Shown here: positions 30,395 through 44,337 of the stretch, in pieces
Position numbering within the stretch: the first letter of the stretch is position 1
Layout of the letters: the number at the start of each line of letters is the position of its first letter
Assembly: GCA_963825135.1 (NCBI GenBank)
Contig: CAWGRW010000009.1
Coordinates: 480,001-544,000 of the forward strand
Source of the DNA: an uncultured bacterium
GTDB taxonomy: Bacteria; Desulfobacterota_D; UBA1144; Nemesobacterales; UBA2774
Reading direction: 5' to 3'
DNA: 64,000 bases
Notes under the pieces: model-generated
Told to the model about the DNA's origin: nothing
Database searches by the model: none
What the model saw: the letters and a program-made list of their open reading frames with translations, nothing else
Translations under genes and position numbers: made by a program

Positions 30395-30907
30395 ATGGGG
30401 CTTATCGCTTACGGTAAGATTACCAAATCCCACGGTCTATACGGAGGAGTGAGACTCCTGCCGTTCAGCCGCCGGTTTGAAAGTCTTAATTCTATTCAAA
30501 GAATCTTCATAGACAGGGCCCAGGGCCGTGAACCCGAGGGGTTTTACCTGAAGGAATGCAAGCCCGAAAAAGACTCGGCAATTATCAGGCTCGCGGGCGT
30601 CGAGACGATTGACGAAGCCGAGAAGCTCATAGGGAAAAACGTATACATAGAAAGGTCCGACCTCCCGGAGCTCGGGGAAGATGAATTTTACTGGTTCGAG
30701 CTTATAGGGCTCGAAATATACACGGAGGACGGCATGTACGTTGGAAAGGTCGAGGGTCTCATCGACAGGGCGCTCCAAAGCGTCCTCGTCGTAAAGGATG
30801 GGGACAAAGAATCCCTCATCCCGCTTTCCGAGCCGATAATTAAGGAAATTAATTTAAAGAAATCGAAAATAGTAATCTCCCCGATCGAAGGATTGTTAGT
30901 TGAGTAG
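30395..30907 (+). CDS. rimM: Ribosome maturation factor RimM
   Basis: GKI..SHGL.G, EFYW.ELIGL; operon position. Confidence 0.92.
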   Translation: MGLIAYGKITKSHGLYGGVRLLPFSRRFESLNSIQRIFIDRAQGREPEGFYLKECKPEKDSAIIRLAGVETIDEAEKLIGKNVYIERSDLPELGEDEFYWFELIGLEIYTEDGMYVGKVEGLIDRALQSVLVVKDGDKESLIPLSEPIIKEINLKKSKIVISPIEGLLVE

Positions 30908-30940
30908 CGATCAAGACAGCTCGCCCCCGAATCATCTGCC

Positions 30941-32242
30941 ATGAAATTCGACATCCTGACCATATTCCCGGAATTCTTCGAATCCCCGTTCTCCCTCGGG
31001 ATTTTCAAGAAGGCGAGGGAGAAACATATCGTCGAGTTAAATACCCACGACATAAGGGACTATACCGAAGACAAACACAGGACCGTGGACGACTCGCCTT
31101 ACGGGGGAGGCGGCGGTATGCTCATGAAGCCGGGCCCCATAGGGAGGGCCGTAGAGGATATTAAGGACGGGGACGCGAGGTCTCTCGTCATCCTGACCTC
31201 GCCCGGAGGCGAAATATTCTCGGACGAGACCGCAAGGGAGCTCTCCGGATACGACCAGCTCGTAATCGTCTGCGGAAGGTACGAGGGCATCGACGAAAGG
31301 GTAAGGGAGCTTTACGTCGACAGAGAAATATCGATCGGGGATTACGTGCTTTCGGGCGGGGAATTCGCCGCTTCAGTCATCGTTGACAGCGTTGCGAGGC
31401 TAATTCCCGGATTCATGGGGAACGAGCAGTCCCCCGAATGCGATTCTTTCAGGGACTCGCTCCTCGAATACCCGCAGTACACGAGACCCGAGGACTATAT
31501 GGGCAAGAAGATCCCGGAAGTCCTTCTCTCCGGCAACCACAAGGAAATAGACGAATGGAGGAGAAGGGAAGGCATTAAGAGGACCTATCTCAGGAGACCA
31601 GACCTACTCGACAGGGCAACACTCACGTTAGACGATATAAGTGCCATTAACGATTTGAAAAAGGCTGACCGGCGTATTTTCAATGCCTATATTGCATTAG
31701 TGCATTATCCCGTATACAATAATCGGCTCACGATAATAACCACGGCGTTCACAAATCTGGACGTCCACGATATCTCGAGGGCCGGCAAAACGTACGGCAT
31801 CGAGAAATTTTACCTCGTTCAGCCCAATAGTGAGCAGCAAAGGCTGGTCGAGCGTGTACTCAGGCACTGGACCGAAGGAGAGGGACCCGGGTTGAACAGG
31901 TCGAGGGCGGAGGCGCTGGAATTCGTTGAAATTACAGATTCGCTCGAAGACGCGGTAAGGGATATTGAAAGAATTGAGGGCAAAAAGCCCAAGTTAGTCG
32001 TCACCGACGCCCGCCCCCGTAGGAATATGACGGGTTACGGCGAAATGAGGAAAATGATGATGCGTAGTTATCCGGACCCTTTTTTGCTTATTTTCGGGAC
32101 CGGATGGGGCCTGGCCGAAGAAATAATGGATAGAGCCGACTACACTCTGAAGCCCGTCAGCGGGCACACGGGATACAACCATCTTTCCGTGAGATCCGCC
32201 GCGGCGATAATACTCGACAGATTATTTTCATGTACAATATGA
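30941..32242 (+). CDS. trmD: tRNA m1G37 methyltransferase fused to a second SPOUT (Tm1570/DUF2168-type) domain
   Basis: VDD.PYGGG.GM, CGRYEGIDER, SIGDYVLSGGE, LSGNH; then ALVHYPV, TNLD.HDI.R, FGTGWGL, YNHLSVRSA. Confidence 0.95.
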   Translation: MKFDILTIFPEFFESPFSLGIFKKAREKHIVELNTHDIRDYTEDKHRTVDDSPYGGGGGMLMKPGPIGRAVEDIKDGDARSLVILTSPGGEIFSDETARELSGYDQLVIVCGRYEGIDERVRELYVDREISIGDYVLSGGEFAASVIVDSVARLIPGFMGNEQSPECDSFRDSLLEYPQYTRPEDYMGKKIPEVLLSGNHKEIDEWRRREGIKRTYLRRPDLLDRATLTLDDISAINDLKKADRRIFNAYIALVHYPVYNNRLTIITTAFTNLDVHDISRAGKTYGIEKFYLVQPNSEQQRLVERVLRHWTEGEGPGLNRSRAEALEFVEITDSLEDAVRDIERIEGKKPKLVVTDARPRRNMTGYGEMRKMMMRSYPDPFLLIFGTGWGLAEEIMDRADYTLKPVSGHTGYNHLSVRSAAAIILDRLFSCTI

Positions 32243-32257
32243 AAGGGGAGAAGTTAG

Positions 32258-32707
32258 ATGAACGTAATAATTGAACTCGAAAATTCCATGATGCGGACCG
32301 ACCTTCCCGACTTTCGCTCGGGCGATTCGGTGGCCGTCCACTACAAAATCAAAGAGGGCGACAGGGAAAGGATACAGGTATTCGAGGGAGTCGTCATAGC
32401 CAAGAAAAGGGGAGGAGTCCGCGAGACCTTCATTGTGAGAAAGGTTTCGTACGGAGTCGGAGTGGAAAGGATATTCCCCCTTCATTCACCGCTGATAGAC
32501 AAAATTGAGGTTAAAAAGAAGGGTAAAGTCAGGCAGGCGAAGCTGTACTACCTGAGGGGCCGTTCCAAGAAGGCGAGCAGGATCAAGGAAAGATCGAGAT
32601 ACGATCAGGCCTTACCGGCAAAGGGATCGTCTCCGTTACCCGCGGAACCCGAAATCCAATCCGGAGATGCGGGGGCTTCGGAAGAGAATTCCACGGCTCA
32701 GTCATAA
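32258..32707 (+). CDS. rplS: 50S ribosomal protein L19 with C-terminal tail
   Basis: [24 protein letters not shown]. Confidence 0.96.
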   Translation: MNVIIELENSMMRTDLPDFRSGDSVAVHYKIKEGDRERIQVFEGVVIAKKRGGVRETFIVRKVSYGVGVERIFPLHSPLIDKIEVKKKGKVRQAKLYYLRGRSKKASRIKERSRYDQALPAKGSSPLPAEPEIQSGDAGASEENSTAQS

Positions 32708-32801
32708 TTCCTCACAGAACCGTAGAAGGCGTACCTTGGGCCCCGAATAGCGCGGCCCGGTCTAAACGCGGGCCTGATCCGGTTGTGTCTAGACGGCTTA
32801 T

Positions 32802-33881
32802 TTACTCCAGGTCTTTAAACCTTACGACGATATCCTCTTTAAATTCCAGGACGAAACACGTGTGCCAGTACCCCTGCTCGTCGAAACACTGATAGGACCA
32901 TTTCTCCGCATTCTTAACGCCCTCTTTTTTCTCAGGCTCCCCCATCGCCTGAAGCGCTTCGTCTTTAGTCATACCGACGGCCGGGTATTTATTTTTTATC
33001 CCCCACCTTACCTTCTTCATGACCTTCTCGTCCCTTACGACCGTCTCGGTTTTCCGCTCGCTCACGTCGATTTGGTCCTTCACCGAATCCGCGCCTTTAC
33101 TGTCGTCAATATCCACCTTCTCAGTGACGTCCTCAGACTCACAGCTCCATACAAGCACGCCGTCAGCAATAGCTTCCGGAGACTCGGGCATTCCGGGCGA
33201 CATATCTTTCACCGTTTCTTTTATATACACCCCCGCCCTTTCATCCTTTGCGCTTATATATTCGAGCGTTCTGTTCTCACACTGCCCGGGCCTCCAGTGC
33301 TGAAGCACGGTCGCCACTCCTGGCGTTTTTTCGCTTATGCGCTCGGCAAGCAGCTTTTCGCTGTCCTCACCCCCGGAATCCTTTACCGCCCTGATATTGC
33401 CGACCAGGAGCACGACAGGGGTATCGCCCGTCATGTTTGCGACTTGTTTCTCCATCCATGCGTCCCTCATCACCGGCACGGAACGCGGCGCGTCTATAGC
33501 GTGGACGGACAGACACTTTCCCGCTCTTATCTGCCCGCTCAGGTCCGTAAGCATTTGTCTATAAGCAACGCTGTCCACGATGTCGTTTATCTGGACTTGC
33601 GAAACGGGCACCTCCCCCTTCATGGCGCTGTCGAGCGTTTCCTGCTGATCGGAGGATATTTCGAGCCCGACTTTGATGCACCCTCCGCCGTTCAGATATT
33701 CGGTAACGGTTTTCGAAAAAAACTGTTCGGATTCGGACTGCCCGTACGTTTCCCCTATGATAAGAACCCGCTTGCTCCCCATGAGAGCAGGCAGCGAAAT
33801 ATTATTCTGCTGCGCCAGAGACGCGGCCGAGTATCCAAAGCACAGTAAACCCGCCAGTATCAAACCGTAATTTATACGCAT
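32802..33881 (-). CDS. Exported protein: degenerate ChaN/EreA-like domain plus SmpA/BamE-like C-terminal domain
   Basis: Signal peptide; IIGETYG, GLEI, RD..M, LVGN; C-terminal GMTKDEA..AMGEP..EKWSY. Confidence 0.6.
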   Translation of the reverse strand: MRINYGLILAGLLCFGYSAASLAQQNNISLPALMGSKRVLIIGETYGQSESEQFFSKTVTEYLNGGGCIKVGLEISSDQQETLDSAMKGEVPVSQVQINDIVDSVAYRQMLTDLSGQIRAGKCLSVHAIDAPRSVPVMRDAWMEKQVANMTGDTPVVLLVGNIRAVKDSGGEDSEKLLAERISEKTPGVATVLQHWRPGQCENRTLEYISAKDERAGVYIKETVKDMSPGMPESPEAIADGVLVWSCESEDVTEKVDIDDSKGADSVKDQIDVSERKTETVVRDEKVMKKVRWGIKNKYPAVGMTKDEALQAMGEPEKKEGVKNAEKWSYQCFDEQGYWHTCFVLEFKEDIVVRFKDLE

Positions 33882-34117
33882 AATGTCACCCGTAAAAATA
33901 TATTTCATCGGCTCCTACGATTTCATGCGGCCGGTGAGGCACATACACCTACAATTATATAATCAAAAGGAACTGAAATATAAACAGGATACGGGGCCAC
34001 CGTTACCCTTCCGACTGTAACAACACGCATTAGTTCCGGGTCTGCGTATATGACTCCCGGGAATGTAAATCTGAAAGATCGTACCGGTGAAATATTAAGG
34101 AAATATTAAGACGGCCG

Positions 34118-34915
34118 TCAGACGCCGCGCCACTGGGGCTCCCTCTTTTCGAGGAACGCGTCTATGCCCTCTTCGGCGTCCCGCGCCATCATGTTCTCGA
34201 CCATAACGCGGCTGCAATACTCGTAAGCGCTCGGAAGGTCCTTGTCTGCCTGCTCGTAAAAAGCCCTTTTGCCAATCTTGAGCGTAAGCGGCGACTTCGA
34301 TGAGATCTTCACCGCGAGCTCGTTCGCCGCGCGGTCAAGCTCGTCGACAGGCGCCACGCGGTTAACGAGCCCGATTTCGTATGCGCGCTTCGCCGAAATG
34401 TAATCTCCCGTCAGGAGCATCTCCATGGCGTGTTTCCTGGAGACGTTCCGCGAAAGAGCCACCATGGGGGTCGAGCAGAAGAGGCCTATGTTGACGCCCG
34501 GGGTAGCGAACCTCGCGTTCTCGCCGGCGACGGCGAGGTCGCAGGTCGCGACCAGCTGGCACCCGGCTGCGGTTGCAACCCCGTGCACCTTCGCTATCAC
34601 GGGTTTTGTACAATCTATTATCGAGAGCATCATCTTAGTGCAGGCGTCGAAGGTCTTCTCGTAGAATTCCTTTCCCGGGTTCCTCCTCATCTCCTTCAAG
34701 TCGTGCCCGGCGCAAAAACCCTTCCCTGCGCCCGAAAGGATTACCACTCTGACGTTATTGTCCCGCGAGAGCGACTCGAATTCCGATGTCAGCGCCTCCA
34801 TGCATTCGATCGAGAGGGAGTTATAGGACTCGGGCCTGTTTATGGTCAGCTCCGATACGGCTCCCTTGTCGTTTCGCAAGACGAGCCTTCCGGAATTTTT
34901 CTCTGCAAGAGCCAT
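34118..34915 (-). CDS. Enoyl-CoA hydratase/isomerase family protein
   Basis: FCAGHDLKE, ATAAGCQLVATCDL, ATPGVNIGLFCSTP. Confidence 0.92.
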   Translation of the reverse strand: MALAEKNSGRLVLRNDKGAVSELTINRPESYNSLSIECMEALTSEFESLSRDNNVRVVILSGAGKGFCAGHDLKEMRRNPGKEFYEKTFDACTKMMLSIIDCTKPVIAKVHGVATAAGCQLVATCDLAVAGENARFATPGVNIGLFCSTPMVALSRNVSRKHAMEMLLTGDYISAKRAYEIGLVNRVAPVDELDRAANELAVKISSKSPLTLKIGKRAFYEQADKDLPSAYEYCSRVMVENMMARDAEEGIDAFLEKREPQWRGV

Positions 34916-35022
34916 ACCGTGGTTTCTCCGGGAAAAGGCGGATATTTTATCTAGTATATATGGAAAAAACTCGTGAGTTCAAATCGGGGGAGTTTATGAC
35001 GCCGTCTTTTCGGCAAAGACCG

Positions 35023-35280
35023 TCAGTCCGTTCTTACGCGGTCGGTCAGAACCGTGACCTTATCGTCCCTTACCTCGGCGATGCCGCCTTCGACGATCAT
35101 CTTTTTCTCGTGTGCGCCTTTTTTATACCTGAGCTCCCCTTCCGCAAGGATTGTAATAAAAGGCACGTGGCCCGGCAGGACCCCGAACTCACCGGCCTCG
35201 CCGGGAGCGACCACCTCGTCCACCCGTTCGTCGACGACGAGATTTACAGGGGTTATTACTTGTAGATGAAGGTCGGCCAA
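35023..35280 (-). CDS. atpC: ATP synthase F1 epsilon (N-terminal domain only)
   Basis: GEFGVLPGH.P, VEGGIAEV; follows atpD; TTG after GGAG. Confidence 0.93.
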   Translation of the reverse strand: MADLHLQVITPVNLVVDERVDEVVAPGEAGEFGVLPGHVPFITILAEGELRYKKGAHEKKMIVEGGIAEVRDDKVTVLTDRVRTD

Positions 35281-35379
35281 TTTAATATCTCCTAGGAGTC
35301 AAGGACTCTTTTATTATTTACCGGAGCCTTAAGTATCGGGAGACAGGCCCGAGCCTGCCTCCGGCTTAAATTCATTTGA

Positions 35380-37690
<2,311 letters not shown>

Positions 37691-37725
37691 TTTATTTTCG
37701 TCTCAGTTATAAAGAATTTGTAAAT

Positions 37726-39264
<1,539 letters not shown>

Positions 39265-39274
39265 TTAGGGGGTT

Positions 39275-39817
39275 TCAGGACCGCGTGAGGACGTTTCGCA
39301 TCTTCTCAAGCTGGGTCTTTATACTACCATCGAACACCTTATCTTCAACCTTGGTGATAACTCCGCCGATAATGCCCGGGTCGACCTTTGTGGTAACCTC
39401 GATATCCTGCCCGACCGCCTTCGACAGCGCGCTTTTTATTCTGGCGAGCTCGGATTCGGTAGGCTCGGTCGCCATTATTACCTCCGCCCTGAGCTTTCCC
39501 GATGCCTTCCTCAGCTTCTGGACGACCGTCTGTTCGGATTTGACGAGTGATTTGAACTTGTCGAGCTCGATTACGAGCGTCAGGAAATTGACCGTCAATT
39601 TATCATAGCCCTTCTTTTGACCTATATCCTCGACAATCCCTTTTCTTTCCCGGAATTCGAAAGTGGAGCTCCAGAGTATGTTCCTCACCCCTTCCGCCTG
39701 GGAGAGCAACTCAAAAAAATCCTCGAGGTCGGAAGTTACCCGGTCGAGCTTGCCCTCTTCCCTTGCGCTCTCGATGAGCGCCTCCGTAAGGTCCCTCAGT
39801 GTTGCGATTGATGCCAT
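39275..39817 (-). CDS. atpH: ATP synthase F1 delta
   Basis: VDP.IIGG, DGS; position before atpA. Confidence 0.92.
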   Translation of the reverse strand: MASIATLRDLTEALIESAREEGKLDRVTSDLEDFFELLSQAEGVRNILWSSTFEFRERKGIVEDIGQKKGYDKLTVNFLTLVIELDKFKSLVKSEQTVVQKLRKASGKLRAEVIMATEPTESELARIKSALSKAVGQDIEVTTKVDPGIIGGVITKVEDKVFDGSIKTQLEKMRNVLTRS

Positions 39818-40350
39818 TTTTCATCCTCGATATTCTTGCTGAATTCCTCTACGAACTTTTCCTTATCCGAGTCAACGAGGTGCTGCCTGATCAGAGCCGC
39901 CGCATTCCCCAGGGCCAGATCCACCACCTCCGCCTGTATCTCCCGTTTGGCGCGTTCCGACTGGAGCGCGATCGATTCCTTCGCTTCCCTCTTGATGGTT
40001 TCGGAGGCCGATTCCGCCTGTTTCAGAATCTCACTCCTCTCGGTCTCTCCCTGCTTGCGGAGCGTATCTTTCAGGGAATTAATTTCCGTTTCGATAGCCT
40101 GGAGCTTCCTGGCGTATTCGTCATATCTGGATTTCGCATCGCTTATCGTCTTCTGCGCCGTGTCTATCTCGTGTCCGATCAGACCTCGGCGTTCCACGAG
40201 GAAATTCTTTACAGGGGTCTTTAGGAAGTACACGAGCACGCCGAGGAGGATTATCAGGTTGACGGTGTGCTCCATGACGAACCGCCAGTTAAACGCCCCG
40301 TGCTCAGAAGCCCCTGCAAGAATTAAATTTATTATTTCGTGCCCGGTCAT
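39796..40350 (-). CDS. atpF: ATP synthase Fo subunit b
   Basis: Single N-terminal TM plus coiled coil; operon position. Confidence 0.9.
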   Translation of the reverse strand: MTGHEIINLILAGASEHGAFNWRFVMEHTVNLIILLGVLVYFLKTPVKNFLVERRGLIGHEIDTAQKTISDAKSRYDEYARKLQAIETEINSLKDTLRKQGETERSEILKQAESASETIKREAKESIALQSERAKREIQAEVVDLALGNAAALIRQHLVDSDKEKFVEEFSKNIEDEKWHQSQH

Positions 40351-40859
40351 GCCCCGACCTCCCTGCCCAACACCTTCGAAGCAACTTCCTTTGAAAGCAG
40401 CTGAACGTCGCCTTTGAGCTTCTCTTTTATTATTTCCGTCTCGTCCTCAAGCTTCTTTTTCGCCTCGTCGAGCAGTCCCGCTGTCTCCCCTCTCGTCTTG
40501 GAAATAATCGCCGCGGCGGCGCTTTCGCCCTCGCGTACGATTTTAGTCCGCTCTTCCTGAGCCTGCGCCCTGGCCTCGTTGAGCTTGGCTTCGTATTCCA
40601 GAATTATCCCCTTTACCTTCTCCTCAAGCTCTCTGGCCTCTTTTATAGCCCCTTTCGTAAGCTTGTCACGCCTGTCTATAAGTCCGATAAACGGCTTGAA
40701 AACCAGAGTATTCAGTATGTATATGGCGGCGATGAATATTACGATCTGGATGAATACGGTCTTGTCCACGCTGAGCAAGTTCTCGGACGCGAAGGCCCTG
40801 GACGCCGTTATGAACAATAAGAGGAGTGAGGCCGCAGAGATAAATTTCTTTTGTCTCAT
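40347..40859 (-). CDS. ATP synthase Fo subunit b'
   Basis: TM (IQIVIF..FKP) plus coiled coil ending KVLGR; second b-type gene. Confidence 0.88.
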   Translation of the reverse strand: MRQKKFISAASLLLLFITASRAFASENLLSVDKTVFIQIVIFIAAIYILNTLVFKPFIGLIDRRDKLTKGAIKEARELEEKVKGIILEYEAKLNEARAQAQEERTKIVREGESAAAAIISKTRGETAGLLDEAKKKLEDETEIIKEKLKGDVQLLSKEVASKVLGREVGA

Positions 40860-41153
40860 TTACTTCATATCTCCTTTGCCGGGGATGACGCCGGCTATAT
40901 CTACCCGATTTCCCCCGCATACGCGTTTTTGAGAAGAGGAGCATCAAAAAAGCCGGTCACTGGTACCATAACCGTTATAGCCGAAAAGAGCACGCAGCAG
41001 AACAATACTAAATCCGCAACAGAACCCGCCGCCGAAAATAAAATAAATAGGGCAGACGCGATAAAATGCTTATTAGTCGGGCAATAACCTGCTTCTTCCA
41101 GACTCATTTTGCGGGCTTAATTCCTTAAGGGCAGAACGTTAAAAAAACGAAAT

Positions 41154-41182
41154 TATTTAACATGAAATAGGGGTAGTGTCAA
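41154..41182 (-). promoter_or_regulatory. Putative sigma70 promoter of the atp operon
   Basis: TTGACA(41182-41177)-N17-TAAATA with TGn. Confidence 0.45.
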
Positions 41183-41233
41183 ACAAATTCATGCCATATA
41201 CACAATCCGGGACCGGGGACCAGGCTCCCGGGA

Positions 41234-42199
41234 CTAAGCCGTCCGGTTATCCTGATTGAATTTATCGAGCTCGATATCGTACTCGGTATAAATCCCGAGA
41301 GCGTGGAGGCAGTCGTTCGCCTCCTCGAGGCTCCCCGCCCCGGAGACTGCGCGGGACATGCCCGATAATTTTTCATATAAAACGCCCGGATAGAAGTAAT
41401 ACGTCACCGTGGAGGACATCGAGAGACTGACTTGCCTCCTCCCGCTCCTTATGCTCGTATCGGAGAACTCACCCTTGGCATAGAGGGTCGGGGTACGGCT
41501 CGCTTCGGTGGGGACCACGGCGATCAGTCTTTCGAGGAGCGAAAGCGCCTCTTTGGTAATGCCCCAGCTCCCGAGGAGCCCTCCCTCCCTCGCGAGAATG
41601 CCCATCGACCTCTCGAGCTCCGCCTGTGTAAGCTCCCCGTCGCTCCCGAACCCGAACAACCCCATAATGGCCGGCATTCTTTTCTCGATCAGGGCAAAAG
41701 AAGCGGTCATGACGGAATCGGCGAGGGGGCTCATGAGCCCGGGCTCGTTCCCGAACGCAAGCAGATCCCCTCCGACATCGATGCCGACAATAAGGTCGGC
41801 CCCGAGCTCGCCGGCCGCGTGGAGTATCCCTTCAGCCACGGCCTCAGGGCCGGGATGTATGTTAATTAAAAGGGTCTCCGCCCCCAGGACCTCCGCCATG
41901 CCGGATTCAGCGAACCTGACCCCGGTGCTGGTTACCGTGTCCTCGTTCGCGAACCAGACGACATCGTTTAATTTACGCGCGTTCCTCACCTCGTCGAATT
42001 TTCTCGGGCCCGGCACGGGGTCTATCACGGACCTTTCCCAGGAGAGTCCCCCGAATACGCATCCGACTCCGAACATCCCCAGCAGGTCGGCCGTGGGGAC
42101 CGTGCCGACTATGTCTCCCCCGCCGCCTATGCCTATGAGCATGGCCTTCCTCGAATTCGTGATTATCTGCCTGAGCGATTTCATTCCGGGCAAGGGCAA
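41234..42199 (-). CDS. DUF1152 family protein
   Basis: GIGGGGD, DVGGD, SPLAD, G.DGEL motifs. Confidence 0.75.
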   Translation of the reverse strand: MPLPGMKSLRQIITNSRKAMLIGIGGGGDIVGTVPTADLLGMFGVGCVFGGLSWERSVIDPVPGPRKFDEVRNARKLNDVVWFANEDTVTSTGVRFAESGMAEVLGAETLLINIHPGPEAVAEGILHAAGELGADLIVGIDVGGDLLAFGNEPGLMSPLADSVMTASFALIEKRMPAIMGLFGFGSDGELTQAELERSMGILAREGGLLGSWGITKEALSLLERLIAVVPTEASRTPTLYAKGEFSDTSIRSGRRQVSLSMSSTVTYYFYPGVLYEKLSGMSRAVSGAGSLEEANDCLHALGIYTEYDIELDKFNQDNRTA

Positions 42200-42325
42200 T
42201 CTCCGTCTACAGTAGATTAAAGTGCGGGAATCCGCGTGAAATACTCTACTTTACGGGACGCAACTTTCAATTAATTCGACGTACAGGGAACACGGGAGAA
42301 GGGAGCGGCGCAGTGTCGGGGGCTT

Positions 42326-43747
42326 TCATGACCTCGGCTCTTCGAGCAGGATGAAAAGGACGTTGTCGCTGAAGGCGGGGGATTTGGTCAAACCCAGGTG
42401 GTCCGTGAAGAGGAAGGTAACGTTTGACCACTTAATCGGAGAAACGAGGTTAGGCGTCCAGTACCCCCCCACCCTCTCGTCCTCAAGCGCGCTTGCCCGC
42501 GTCACCGTCCCGTCGCCGGGGCTGTATTGGGACACCTCGAATTTGCCCGTGGATCTATCGACTTTAAGCCCCGAGCCCGTGAGAATCGCGTCCCCGGCGA
42601 TCAGATACAGCTTCAGGCCTTGAGGGAGCTCGGCCGGGGTATCTATCGCGTCCTGAAATTCTTTTGCGCGTTTTAAGGATTTTCTTAAATGATCTATGGC
42701 GATTTCACGCCTCTTCGCCGGATCCGGCACGTCCGGAAGCAGCCACTCGAGCACCTTGTCCTGTCCCGGGTCGGCAAGGCCCCAGCCGAGGCTTACCCAG
42801 GTTTCAGCATCCATAAGGTCGAGCCTGCCGCCGCTCTCGTCCACGACCTCTCCGTGCCTCGTCCTCGGCAGCTGCTGATAAAGTGAAGGCATCGTCGCTA
42901 TTACCGCAGGCTCGTATTTGGGAAGAAAGGGTCCAATGTCCTTCCCCTTGACGAGGGTCTCGACGGCCCCGACCGCGCCCGCGTTGGGCGTGCCCACGAT
43001 GATCACCTTCTCGACTAATTTCGCACCCTCCCACGTCACCACCGGTTTCGAGCCGTCCTCCGGCAGGTCGCTGTCGCCGTACATGAGGAAATACCGTGTA
43101 AGAAGGCCGCCCATGGAATGGGCCACTATGTCGAATTTGACATCTTCCTTCACTATCCCGCGTTTCTTGTTTTCTTCAATAATGTAAGCCCTCTTCTCCT
43201 CTATAAACTTCTTGAGCCGCTTCGCGTTCTCCACGTTATCGAGCCTCCAGTCGTAATCGAACTGAAAGCACGTGAAGTGGTCCTTCCCGTAGTCGATCTG
43301 GTTTAATTTATTGGAGGCGAGGGACTGGTCGAGGTATCCGCCTGCGCCCAGGGTGCTCAGGATGTTGATATACGCGTTTAGCTGAATAGGCAGCCCGAAT
43401 AGCTTCACCTTCACCCTGTCGAGAGCCCCGTCCGAGTGCACGCTGTCCGTGAGGTCGTCAATCGGGACGCCCTCTTTCATCGGGATAGCGATGAGGCGCG
43501 CGCCTTCAGGGGTCTCAGGATCGGCCTCGCCCCCGTCAAACGCCCCCCAGACGAGCTGGCCCGTCTCGCCGTCCCTCAGCTTCGAGCCCAGTATACCGGG
43601 TATCAGGATAACGGGATTGCTCTCGACGTCCGAGCGCATCGCCGCCTGCGTGTATATCCCCCCGAGGTCTGGCGGGGCGTACTCCGCCCTGGCGCAGGCA
43701 AGTAATACCGTGACTGGTATAAATAAGACCGATATTAGATTTCTCAT
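42326..43747 (-). CDS. Lipoprotein alpha/beta hydrolase (lipase/LCAT-like)
   Basis: Lipobox LLAC; PGILGS, YDWR, AHSMGG, GDGTV. Confidence 0.85.
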   Translation of the reverse strand: MRNLISVLFIPVTVLLACARAEYAPPDLGGIYTQAAMRSDVESNPVILIPGILGSKLRDGETGQLVWGAFDGGEADPETPEGARLIAIPMKEGVPIDDLTDSVHSDGALDRVKVKLFGLPIQLNAYINILSTLGAGGYLDQSLASNKLNQIDYGKDHFTCFQFDYDWRLDNVENAKRLKKFIEEKRAYIIEENKKRGIVKEDVKFDIVAHSMGGLLTRYFLMYGDSDLPEDGSKPVVTWEGAKLVEKVIIVGTPNAGAVGAVETLVKGKDIGPFLPKYEPAVIATMPSLYQQLPRTRHGEVVDESGGRLDLMDAETWVSLGWGLADPGQDKVLEWLLPDVPDPAKRREIAIDHLRKSLKRAKEFQDAIDTPAELPQGLKLYLIAGDAILTGSGLKVDRSTGKFEVSQYSPGDGTVTRASALEDERVGGYWTPNLVSPIKWSNVTFLFTDHLGLTKSPAFSDNVLFILLEEPRS

Positions 43748-43976
43748 GGCAACCGTACAAGGAATACGGGTTTAACGGCCCCCGCCGGGCTTTCTAACAT
43801 TGGACGGGATACGAGCGGAATTGGATTTATTTTTGCGGGATAGACCGCGATGGAAAGGCGCTTCGGGCCCTCGCCGAGAGGTATTATTATGTTGAACGCG
43901 GTTCGGATATTTACCGTTCCGGTGCCCTCTAACCGCTGCACCGGCAAATATAAGCGAACCCGGCTTTATCGTCGAC

Positions 43977-44243
43977 TCAATCGGCGTACTGTATGCCGAG
44001 CCTCACCTGTGTTATCGCCTGGTTGACGAGCTCAAGAGCCCTGACCCTGTGCCCGCCCTTATCGGGTGACGAAACCTCCAGATTGATCCGCGCCTCATGC
44101 AGGCTGCCGAGGGCCTGCTCCATGTTCGGCTGATAACCGGGCTGGGCATTCGCTTCCCTGAACATATTAAAAGTGCCCATGAGAAACGCGGCAAAGAGAA
44201 CGCCCGCAAAAAACGGCAACGAAACCTTTATGATTCTGGACAT
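43977..44243 (-). CDS. Small exported hypothetical protein (QPNM..AL..L..A..KGGHR)
   Basis: Signal-like N-terminus; ATG 44243 after AGGAG. Confidence 0.75.
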   Translation of the reverse strand: MSRIIKVSLPFFAGVLFAAFLMGTFNMFREANAQPGYQPNMEQALGSLHEARINLEVSSPDKGGHRVRALELVNQAITQVRLGIQYAD

Positions 44244-44337
44244 TACGCCTCTCCTTGTTGATAAGAATTTACAGAAACTATAAAACAAGCGAACGGCGAC
44301 CGCAAACCAAAATTAAAAGCCGGACGCCGTCCGGACG

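Noticed and set aside
40901..41107. 68-aa hydrophobic ORF before atpF' as AtpI or a leader
   Set aside because: No SD or recognisable similarity; cannot support
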